Assembly: GCA_034717975.1 (NCBI GenBank)
Contig: JAYEMF010000044.1
Span: forward strand, 17,650 to 36,872
Direction of reading: 5' to 3'
Length of the DNA stretch: 19,223 nt
Origin: Campylobacterota bacterium
Lineage (GTDB): Bacteria > Campylobacterota > Campylobacteria > Campylobacterales > Sulfurimonadaceae
Below the pieces are notes generated by a model. It had not been told where the DNA came from. It worked only from the letters and a program-made list of their open reading frames with translations, and made no database searches. Shown in pieces: positions 8,570-15,818 of the stretch; position 1 is the stretch's first letter, and each line of letters opens with the position of its first letter. Both the position numbers and the translations under genes were made by a program.

Positions 8570-9244
8570 ATGAAAATAGCGACAAGATTGCTGATTATGC
8601 TGGTTTTGGTATTTGGTTTTGCGGAAGCAAAGATGTTTCAGACAGTGGCACCGGAGAAAGCGGAGCTTTTACAGACAGGCAAAGGGAAGCTCTACTGCCC
8701 GAACTGCGGAATGAACCTTGTCATGTTCTATAAGACATCACATGCGATGAAACAGCATGACGGTTCAACGCATCAGTACTGTTCTATGCACTGTCTTGTC
8801 GAAGCAAACGATCAGATCAACGCCGATGCCCAGGTTGTTGATGTAAGCGGTTTGAAATTTATCAATGCGCATGATGCCCATTATGTTGTAGGCAGCAGTA
8901 AAAAAGGGACTATGACGATGAACAGCAAATATGCATTTGCGGCTAAAGCGGATGCAGAAGCCTTTGCCAAAGCCAACGGCGGTAAAGTGATGAGCTTTGC
9001 AGATGCCGTTAAAATTGCCGGAAAAGCGATCAATAAAGAGAATATGATGATCGATAAAAAAAGAGGCAAGATGGCCGAAAAAGGGAAGATGATGTATGGC
9101 AAGATGTGTAAAGCCACCGATCTTCCTGAATTTGCTTCGATTGCCGATGCAAAAACCCATATCGTAGATAGCGGTGTCTGTGGAAAACTGGAAGACAAGC
9201 AGTTTCAGGCGATCGCGATCTATCTGTTTAGAAAAGGCAAATAA
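8570..9244 (+). CDS. Secreted NosL-family metal-binding protein (one NosL-like domain plus small C-terminal helical domain)
   Basis: SPase I-type signal (FAEA), CPNCGM, YCSMHC, AHYVVGS, M-x-SKYAF, AEAFAKANGGKVMSF. Confidence 0.85.
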   Translation: MKIATRLLIMLVLVFGFAEAKMFQTVAPEKAELLQTGKGKLYCPNCGMNLVMFYKTSHAMKQHDGSTHQYCSMHCLVEANDQINADAQVVDVSGLKFINAHDAHYVVGSSKKGTMTMNSKYAFAAKADAEAFAKANGGKVMSFADAVKIAGKAINKENMMIDKKRGKMAEKGKMMYGKMCKATDLPEFASIADAKTHIVDSGVCGKLEDKQFQAIAIYLFRKGK

Positions 9245-10046
9245 CACTTCTGCCTCGAAAGAGGCAGGCTGTTACCAGAGATCATCGCATGATTTCTCTT
9301 AACGGCCTTTTGGTTGAATGTTTAGAGGTGCCTTTTAATAGAAATTAGGATACATTTTTATAATTTATAAATCGGAGAGAGATAAGATGAAGAACGTTTT
9401 AAAAGTAGTGTTGTCATTAGTAGTGATGTTCGGCTTTGCCCAGGCGGCCATGTTCCAAAGTGTCGTACCTGAGAAGGCGGAACTTTTACAGAGCGGAAAA
9501 GGGAAGCTTTACTGCCCGAACTGCGGGATGAACCTGGTGAAGTTCTACAAGACATCACACGCCATGAAACAGAAAGATGGCTCAATTCACCAATACTGTT
9601 CCATCCACTGTCTGGCAGAAGCCAATGATGAGATCACTCCTGATACAAAAGTGGTTGATGTCAACACTCTGAAGTTCATCGATGCGTTCACCGCTACCTA
9701 TGTTGTCGGCAGCAGTAAAAAAGGGACGATGACGATGAACAGCAAATACGCTTTTACTACCAAAGCGGAAGCGGAAGCGTTCGCCAAGGCTAACGGCGGG
9801 AAAGTGATGGGGTTTGCCGAAGCGGTACAGCTGGCAGCCGATGATATTGCCAAAGATAACAAGATGGTTGAGAAAAAACGTGCGATGGCAGCCGGAAAAG
9901 GCGAGAAGATGTTTGGCAAGATGTGTAAGCAGGATAAGCTGCCATCGTTTACAACAATCGCCGAAGCCAAGACCTATGTTGTCGATAGCGGAATTTGCGG
10001 TCAGTTAAAAGATAAGCAGTATCAGGCAATCGCTATCTATCTCGCA
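8630..10046 (+). repeat. Diverged tandem gene duplication (about 8630-9230 versus about 9447-10046)
   Basis: Collinear near-identical DNA, e.g. AAAGGGAAGCTCTACTGCCCGAACTGCGG versus AAAGGGAAGCTTTACTGCCCGAACTGCGG; GGCAGCAGTAAAAAAGGGAC occurs in both copies. Confidence 0.9.
9250..9267 (+). terminator. Stem-loop after the first NosL-like gene (stabiliser or weak terminator)
   Basis: CTGCCTC-GAAA-GAGGCAG, a 7-bp stem with GNRA loop and no U-tract on the plus strand. Confidence 0.5.
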
Positions 10047-10481
10047 CGTAAAGATGGTATGACACACAAACACAGTGCTACTGTCGAAGTTCCTAAAGAT
10101 GCCAAGTGCCCAGTGTGCGGTATGTTTGTCGCCAAGTATCCAAAGTGGGCTGCTGAAATACAGATAGACGGCTATACGCACTACTTTGATGGTGTCAAAG
10201 ATATGATGAAGTTCTATCTGGAACCGGCAGCTTTTCATAAACAGGCCAAGCAGTCGATGATCACGAAGATACTGGTGAGTGACTACTATACCCTCAAAGC
10301 TATTGATGCCAACTCTGCATGGTATGTTATTGGCTCAAATGTATATGGCCCGATGGGAAATGAACTGATTCCGTTTAGCAATAAAAAAGATGCGTTGGCC
10401 TTTAATCGTGATCATTTTGGAAAACAGGTGATCCCTTTCGATCAGATTACGCAGGCAATGATCCGTGCACTAGACGAATAA
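9387..10481 (+). CDS. Secreted NosL-family protein with two NosL-like domains
   Basis: Signal peptide (FAQA). Domain 1 has CPNCGM and YCSIHC, the linker is MTHKHS, and domain 2 has CPVCGM, FDGVKDM, WYVIGS and GPMGNELIPF. Confidence 0.88.
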   Translation: MKNVLKVVLSLVVMFGFAQAAMFQSVVPEKAELLQSGKGKLYCPNCGMNLVKFYKTSHAMKQKDGSIHQYCSIHCLAEANDEITPDTKVVDVNTLKFIDAFTATYVVGSSKKGTMTMNSKYAFTTKAEAEAFAKANGGKVMGFAEAVQLAADDIAKDNKMVEKKRAMAAGKGEKMFGKMCKQDKLPSFTTIAEAKTYVVDSGICGQLKDKQYQAIAIYLARKDGMTHKHSATVEVPKDAKCPVCGMFVAKYPKWAAEIQIDGYTHYFDGVKDMMKFYLEPAAFHKQAKQSMITKILVSDYYTLKAIDANSAWYVIGSNVYGPMGNELIPFSNKKDALAFNRDHFGKQVIPFDQITQAMIRALDE

Positions 10482-10746
10482 AAGGGTTACTATCTCTCGT
10501 ATAAGTCGGATTTTTTTAGCATTTTTTATTTTTTTGGTAGTGGGTGTGGCAACACTGTTTTTTGATGCCACTCTCTATGAACGCCCAGCTGCCATTGCCC
10601 ATACCTATCAGGTGACGAAACTTCCTGGTGCAGCATTGTCAGTCCCCTTCTATGAGGGAAGGGTAAGGGCATATCGTGACTACTCCGATAGACTCTATCC
10701 GGCCATGCAGCCCATAAACAGTATGGATTTTGTCTATGCCAGGTAA
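10474..10746 (+). CDS. Small membrane-anchored hypothetical protein; start uncertain (ACG 10474 or TTG 10534)
   Basis: The frame is open from 10474 and gives xNKRVTISRISR followed by the hydrophobic IFLAFFIFLVVGVATLFF. It fills the operon gap and overlaps the permease start. Confidence 0.65.
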   Translation, partial: TNKRVTISRISRIFLAFFIFLVVGVATLFFDATLYERPAAIAHTYQVTKLPGAALSVPFYEGRVRAYRDYSDRLYPAMQPINSMDFVYAR

Positions 10747-11914
10747 TGTTTTCTTCAACTTTCTTTTTCTGCTGATCTATCGCCATCGGACCAAGCATAT
10801 GGCTGTTTTTGTGATCGCTACTCTGGTGGTGATGCTCTTTAGTTCAGTCATGCTGCTCTCACATGCTATTGAAGAAGATATCAAAGTCTCCCTCGACACC
10901 CAGCCTGACTTTATCGTGCAGAAGATGCATGCGGGCAAAGCGGTCGATACACCGATGGAGTGGGCCGATGAGATCAGAGAGATCCGTGGTGTATCTGCCG
11001 TCTTGCCTCGTGTATACGGCAGTTACTTCTATGCGCCCAATGAGGAGTACTTTACCATTGTCGGGATCGATCCGTTCGATAAACAGGTATCGACCTCTCT
11101 GGAAGCCCTGGTCGGAGAGACCGACCTGAAAGAGTTCTTGTCTAAAGAGCAGATGATCATCGGGCAGGGTGTTAAAACACTGCTTGAGCAGTACCACTAT
11201 TTCGACCATTATCTGTTCCGATCTCCCGACAGTACAAAAGTCAGAGTAGATATCTATAAAACACTTCCCAAAGAGAGCACGCTTGTCAGCAATGACATGA
11301 TGATCATGGAGATCGATCTGGCTAAACAGGTATTGGGGATCGATGACGAAGCGTCGACAGATATTGTCCTTTTTGTTCCCAATGAGCTCGAACGCCAAAA
11401 TGTCAAAGAGAAGATTATTCTGCAGCATGCTGATCTGCGCGTCATTGAGAAAGATGAGCTGGCATCAGCCTATGAACATCTTTTCAACTATAAAGGCGGT
11501 GTTTTTCTGCTGCTCTACATGATCGTGCTGATCACCTTTGTCCTGATCCTTTACCAGCGTTACTCGATGATCAGCAGTGCCGATAAAAAAGAGATCGGTA
11601 TCCTGCGTGCGCTTGGCTGGAGCATCAATGCGGTTATCTGGCTCAAGATTATGGAGAGCCTGGTCGTTGGTCTGAGTGCTTTTATGCTTGGACTGCTGCT
11701 GGCATATGGCTATGTCTTTTTACTGGATGCCCCGCTATTGGCTGAGGTGTTTCTGGGTTATGGCAATCTTTCAGCCGATATCGTCTTTAACCGGACGATC
11801 GATATTGGTGTGATCAGTCTGCTCTTTCTGTTTTTCATTATGCCTTATGTGGCTGCAGTATTGGTACCGGTCTGGCGAATCGCGATTACTGACCCTGTGG
11901 AGGCGATGAAATGA
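10736..11914 (+). CDS. ABC transporter permease, FtsX/MacB/LolE (type VII) family
   Basis: One N-terminal TM, a large periplasmic domain, KKEIGILRALGW, three more TMs, and the C-terminal VPVWRIAITDPVEAMK. Confidence 0.9.
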   Translation: MPGNVFFNFLFLLIYRHRTKHMAVFVIATLVVMLFSSVMLLSHAIEEDIKVSLDTQPDFIVQKMHAGKAVDTPMEWADEIREIRGVSAVLPRVYGSYFYAPNEEYFTIVGIDPFDKQVSTSLEALVGETDLKEFLSKEQMIIGQGVKTLLEQYHYFDHYLFRSPDSTKVRVDIYKTLPKESTLVSNDMMIMEIDLAKQVLGIDDEASTDIVLFVPNELERQNVKEKIILQHADLRVIEKDELASAYEHLFNYKGGVFLLLYMIVLITFVLILYQRYSMISSADKKEIGILRALGWSINAVIWLKIMESLVVGLSAFMLGLLLAYGYVFLLDAPLLAEVFLGYGNLSADIVFNRTIDIGVISLLFLFFIMPYVAAVLVPVWRIAITDPVEAMK

Positions 11915-12585
11915 TCCATATAGAGGGCCTTAACAAGATCTATAACGAGAAACAGGCCAATGCCTATACCGCACTGAGTGAGATTGATTTACATATCAAT
12001 CCGGCAGAAACGGTTGTCCTTAAAGGGGTTAGCGGCAGTGGAAAATCCACTCTGCTCTCCATTATTGCGTCGTTGATCAAGCCAAGCAGCGGAGAACTGA
12101 TCGTCGATGGAGAGCAGATCGCCAAACTGCCTGACTCTCATGCTTCACATTTCCGTAATAGCCATATAGGGTTTATTTTTCAGGCTTACAATCTTTTTGA
12201 TGAGTTGAGTGTCAAAGATAATGTAGCACTTCCGCTCATCGTGACAGGGGTATCTCAAAAGGGTATTGATGAAAAAGTGCAGCAAGCGATGGAGATCGCT
12301 CATATCGGGCATAAACAAGATCAGTCGGTGCAGGATCTCTCCGGTGGGGAGAAACAGCGCTGTGCCATTGCCCGGGCCCTGGTGCATTCTCCTAAGATCA
12401 TTCTCTGTGATGAGCCGACAGCCAATTTAGACAGAGAAAATTCCCTTAAGTTTATTGAGACGCTCAAGCAGTTCAAAGCCCTTGGGAAAACGGTAGTTAT
12501 TGCCACGCATGATCCACTTTTTGACGGGCTTGAGACGGTTGACCGGACGATCGTCATCGAGGATGGACATATCGTCACATCATGA
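11911..12585 (+). CDS. ABC transporter ATP-binding protein, LolD/MacB-like
   Basis: Walker A GVSGSGKST, IGFIFQAYNL, LSGGEKQR, Walker B/D-loop ILCDEPTANLD, ATHD. ATGA overlap with the permease. Confidence 0.95.
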   Translation: MIHIEGLNKIYNEKQANAYTALSEIDLHINPAETVVLKGVSGSGKSTLLSIIASLIKPSSGELIVDGEQIAKLPDSHASHFRNSHIGFIFQAYNLFDELSVKDNVALPLIVTGVSQKGIDEKVQQAMEIAHIGHKQDQSVQDLSGGEKQRCAIARALVHSPKIILCDEPTANLDRENSLKFIETLKQFKALGKTVVIATHDPLFDGLETVDRTIVIEDGHIVTS

Positions 12586-13544
12586 TCCTGCTTGCCAATG
12601 AAGTCATCATCTTTCTTTTTGTCGAAGGACTGCTGCTGTTACTGCAGAGCATCGCCTTTATCAATGCGATAAGTATCCTTTCGCGTTGGAACTTTACATC
12701 ATTCAGCGCCTTGCAGTATCGCCTGGAAAAAAGAGCGTATCTGGTGGTCCTGATCATCCTCTTCACGCTGGGCTTCAAGATAGTGATGCTGCCATTTTTC
12801 AGCTATACCATTGACCAGCTCTCCGTCATTGTTCCGGGAGCCATGTGCGGTGCCGGGGTGATCAGTGCCAACGAGTATGGCCCGGTGCTGCTCTTTTTGA
12901 AGGTGATGATCCTCTTTCTGATTGGAAGCTGGCTGATCCTCAACAACGAAGATATCAAAGCCTCCTCCTACCCCTATTTCAAAGCAAAGTTGTGGCTCTT
13001 TCTTCTGATCTATCTATTGGTTGTGACAGAGTCCGTATTGGATATCCTCTACTTAACGAACATCCCTATAGATGACCCGGTCTCATGCTGTTCAACAATC
13101 TATGGGATAGCCGGCGGGGGCGACCCCCTGCCATTCAGTCTCGATACCGCCAGACTGCTGATGCTCTTTTATCTGATCTATGCGCTGATCTTGGCCACCA
13201 ACTATTTTCGCTATACCTATATTAACCTCGTAGCCAATCTTTTTTTCCTCTATATCGCTTATCACGCCGTAGTCTATTTCTTCGGTACCTATGTTTACGA
13301 ACTGCCTACCCACCAGTGCCCGTTTTGTATGCTGCAAAAAGAGTATTTCTATGTGGGCTATTTTATCTGGGGGAGCCTTTTTTTAGGAGCCTTTTTTGGT
13401 ATTGCCGGGGCCATACTCAAGGGAATTATGCGCAAAGAGGTGGATTTTGTCTATGGGGCTAGTGCTCTTTTTAATACGATTTTTGTATTATTATGTTCAC
13501 TGTATGTAGCTGTCTATTATTTGAAAACGGGAGTCTTTTTATGA
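12582..13544 (+). CDS. Polytopic membrane protein of unknown function with Cys-rich loops
   Basis: About 8 hydrophobic segments with loop motifs PGAMCGAG, VSCCS and PTHQCPFC. ATGA overlaps on both sides. Confidence 0.85.
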   Translation: MILLANEVIIFLFVEGLLLLLQSIAFINAISILSRWNFTSFSALQYRLEKRAYLVVLIILFTLGFKIVMLPFFSYTIDQLSVIVPGAMCGAGVISANEYGPVLLFLKVMILFLIGSWLILNNEDIKASSYPYFKAKLWLFLLIYLLVVTESVLDILYLTNIPIDDPVSCCSTIYGIAGGGDPLPFSLDTARLLMLFYLIYALILATNYFRYTYINLVANLFFLYIAYHAVVYFFGTYVYELPTHQCPFCMLQKEYFYVGYFIWGSLFLGAFFGIAGAILKGIMRKEVDFVYGASALFNTIFVLLCSLYVAVYYLKTGVFL

Positions 13545-14056
13545 ATGTTTTAAAGAAGATAATGCCGATACTTATCGTTTTTGCTCTGATCGCCGTAATT
13601 GTTGCTGTTTTTTTAGGCCGTGCCAAAGAGCAGCAGATGCTGACAGTTTATGAAGGCAATCTGAAGCAGCTCCCTGTTGAGATCAAGCTGGGACATTACC
13701 AGGATACGCAGTGCGGTATGCCGGTAGAACAGCTGGGTGACAGCTGCCAGGTGAGTGCACCCGATGGTAAGACATGGTTCTTCGATGATGTCGGCTGTAT
13801 GGCTTTGTGGATAGAGAACAAATCTTTTATCGATGAGGCGAAGATATGGGTCTATTCCCGTGACACGGACGGATGGATTGATGCACGAACCGCGTGGTAC
13901 TCACTCACTGACAACACCCCTATGCGTTATGGCTTTGGGGCTTACAGCACACGACAAGAGGGTTTTATTGATTTTGAGACGATGAAACTGAAGATGCTGC
14001 GCGGTGAGAATATGACCGATCCGTATGTCCGGAGGGAACTGCTTGGAAACCATTGA
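13541..14056 (+). CDS. Membrane-anchored NosL-like protein
   Basis: N-terminal TM, DTQCGM, FFDDVGCM, WIDARTAWY, TPMRYGFGAY. ATG 13541 overlaps the upstream stop. Confidence 0.8.
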   Translation: MNVLKKIMPILIVFALIAVIVAVFLGRAKEQQMLTVYEGNLKQLPVEIKLGHYQDTQCGMPVEQLGDSCQVSAPDGKTWFFDDVGCMALWIENKSFIDEAKIWVYSRDTDGWIDARTAWYSLTDNTPMRYGFGAYSTRQEGFIDFETMKLKMLRGENMTDPYVRRELLGNH

Positions 14057-14774
14057 TCTGCTCTCTATCATCACCATCGCTTTTTTAGGCTCTTTCGGCC
14101 ACTGTGTCGGGATGTGCGGGGGTATCGTCATCGCCTATTCGAGTACAAAAGTCGATGTGGGATGGAGTCGTTCCAAGCAGGCTCTGTCGCATCTGTTATA
14201 CTCTTTCGGCAGAATTACGACGTATGTGATCCTGGGTGTGATGTTTGGCTATTTGGGCGGCGTGACCACCTTCAGCAATGAGGCCAACGGTATTTTGCTG
14301 ATCATTGCCGGCGTTGCCATGATCCTGGCCGGTCTCTCTCTGCTTGGAAAAATAAAATTTTTAACGGTAGTGGAGCATACGATTTCGACCAGTGGCTGGT
14401 ATAGGCATACCTTTAAGACACTGCTGAACAACCAGACACTGCTGAGCTTTTTTCTTTTAGGAATGTTAAATGGCCTGCTGCCATGCGGTTTCGTCTACTT
14501 TTTTGCCATTACCGCGGCGAGTACGGCGAGCCCGCTGTGGGGCGGGGTGGTGATGCTGGTCTTTGGACTTTCGACGATCCCGGCACTCTTTAGCCTTGGA
14601 TTTTTTGTCGGCCTCTTCAAGCAGAGCAGCCTGCGGGGATTGATGATTAAACTCGCTTCTATTGCAGTTATAGTCTATGGTGGGTATACTTTCTACAGCG
14701 GATATGAATATATCGTCAACCCGGACAAAACTATTTTAGATTGTCATACCAAACCGTTAGAGGAGATCGAGTGA
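14043..14774 (+). CDS. DsbD_2 / TauE-SafE-like membrane protein (heavy-metal or cytochrome biogenesis associated)
   Basis: GSFGHCVGMCGG, YSFGRITTY, LNGLLPCGFVY, FGLSTIP and a C-terminal CH. TTG 14043 follows GGAGG (14031-14035). Confidence 0.88.
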   Translation: METIDLLSIITIAFLGSFGHCVGMCGGIVIAYSSTKVDVGWSRSKQALSHLLYSFGRITTYVILGVMFGYLGGVTTFSNEANGILLIIAGVAMILAGLSLLGKIKFLTVVEHTISTSGWYRHTFKTLLNNQTLLSFFLLGMLNGLLPCGFVYFFAITAASTASPLWGGVVMLVFGLSTIPALFSLGFFVGLFKQSSLRGLMIKLASIAVIVYGGYTFYSGYEYIVNPDKTILDCHTKPLEEIE

Positions 14775-15274
14775 AGAGAGTAAGTGTTACGGAGTATATG
14801 GAGCTAAAAGGTCTTAGCCGAACAATGGCTTATAAAATGATCAAAGACGGAAGTGTGGATGCTGTCAAAGAGAGCAATCGCTGGATGATCGCAACTGAAC
14901 CTGAAAAAGAGGAAGCAACCGTGGCAAAAGAGAAAGAAGTTAAAAAAGCGGCACCAAAAAAAGCGGTAAAGAAAAAAAGTGATGTCAAAGTAAAGAAAAG
15001 TACTAAAAAGAGTGTTGCCAAAAAAGCGGCAAAACCGGCTGCCAAGAAAACCGTGAAGAAGAGTACGGCTAAAAAGAAAAGCAGTAAACCCGCTGCTAAA
15101 AAAACTGTTATCAAAAAGAGCGTAAAAAAAGCCGCACCGAAAAAAAGCGTCAAAAAGAAAGCAGCTAAACCGACGGCTAAAAAAACAGTCAAAAAAGCTG
15201 TTATCAAAAAGAGTATTAAAAAAGCAGCACCAAAAAAGAAAACTGTTAAAAAAAGTACAAAAAAGAAAAAGTAG
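14771..15274 (+). CDS. DNA-binding protein: N-terminal excisionase/MerR-like HTH plus histone-H1-like Lys/Ala tail
   Basis: GTG 14771 follows AGGAG and overlaps the upstream stop. SVTEYMELKGLSRTMAYKMIKDG...RWMI, then KKAAPKK three times and KP(A/T)AKKTV three times. Confidence 0.8.
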   Translation: MKRVSVTEYMELKGLSRTMAYKMIKDGSVDAVKESNRWMIATEPEKEEATVAKEKEVKKAAPKKAVKKKSDVKVKKSTKKSVAKKAAKPAAKKTVKKSTAKKKSSKPAAKKTVIKKSVKKAAPKKSVKKKAAKPTAKKTVKKAVIKKSIKKAAPKKKTVKKSTKKKK

Positions 15275-15277
15275 CCA

Positions 15278-15700
15278 GTGTCTGAGACGCTAAGCAAAAT
15301 AGAAATCTTTATCGGCAAGCATCATGTGATGACGCTTGCCACTTCCCGTGACAACCAACCTCAATCTTGCAATCTTTTTTATGCCTACATCCCTGAAGAG
15401 GTCTGCTTTATCGTTGCTTCGGATAGGAAAACAGAGCATATTCAAAATATTATAGGCAACTCTGATGTAGCCGGAACTATTGTGCTTGAAACCAAAACAG
15501 TGGGTAAGATCGAAGGTCTGCAGTTTAAGGCGAAGATGATGATGGCTGAAGATGATGAGGTGGAAAGTGTCTATTTTGCAGCATTCCCCTATGCCAGAGT
15601 GTTGAATCCGACGCTATGGAAGATCATTCCATCAAGTATGAAACTGACCGATAACAGATTGGGGTTTGGAAAAAAGCTTAACTGGACGCGGGCCGTTTAG
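15278..15700 (+). CDS. Pyridoxamine 5'-phosphate oxidase-like split-barrel protein (YhbP/UPF0306-like)
   Basis: HHVMTLAT, CNLFYA, TEH, VAGTI, IEGLQF, KLTDNRLGFGKKLNW. Confidence 0.85.
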   Translation: MSETLSKIEIFIGKHHVMTLATSRDNQPQSCNLFYAYIPEEVCFIVASDRKTEHIQNIIGNSDVAGTIVLETKTVGKIEGLQFKAKMMMAEDDEVESVYFAAFPYARVLNPTLWKIIPSSMKLTDNRLGFGKKLNWTRAV

Positions 15701-15818
15701 GAGTGTTAGAAGTTGTGTGCCATTCCTTTAGAAATACTTTATAATGATATCTTCTATAAAGCTGATTTTCTGTCCCCATGTTTACCATTTTTTCGGGTTT
15801 AACTTATTATCAAAATGC

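Noticed and set aside
10736..12585. Housekeeping lolCDE or ftsEX
   Set aside because: Only the fold family is supported; the context is accessory and I cannot establish orthology, so no symbol is given.
8570..14056. A nitrous oxide reductase (nos) cluster
   Set aside because: No nosZ, nosD, nosY or nosR/nosGH in the window; the ABC pair is MacB/LolDE-type, not NosFY.
14930..15270. Tandem DNA repeat or CRISPR-like array
   Set aside because: The repeats are at protein level with variable codons; there is no constant repeat-spacer structure.
3700..15274. Functional link between CobB and the lysine-rich H1-like protein
   Set aside because: They lie about 10 kb apart in separate transcription units; nothing in the sequence connects them.
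14830..15318. 162-aa Phe/Leu-rich minus-strand ORF resembling a membrane protein
   Set aside because: It is the antisense shadow of AAA/AAG lysine codons in the H1-like gene.
15708..15723. Sigma54 promoters at TGGCAC (here on the minus strand, and at 18920)
   Set aside because: The -12 TTGC element is missing at the required spacing and no suitably oriented gene follows.
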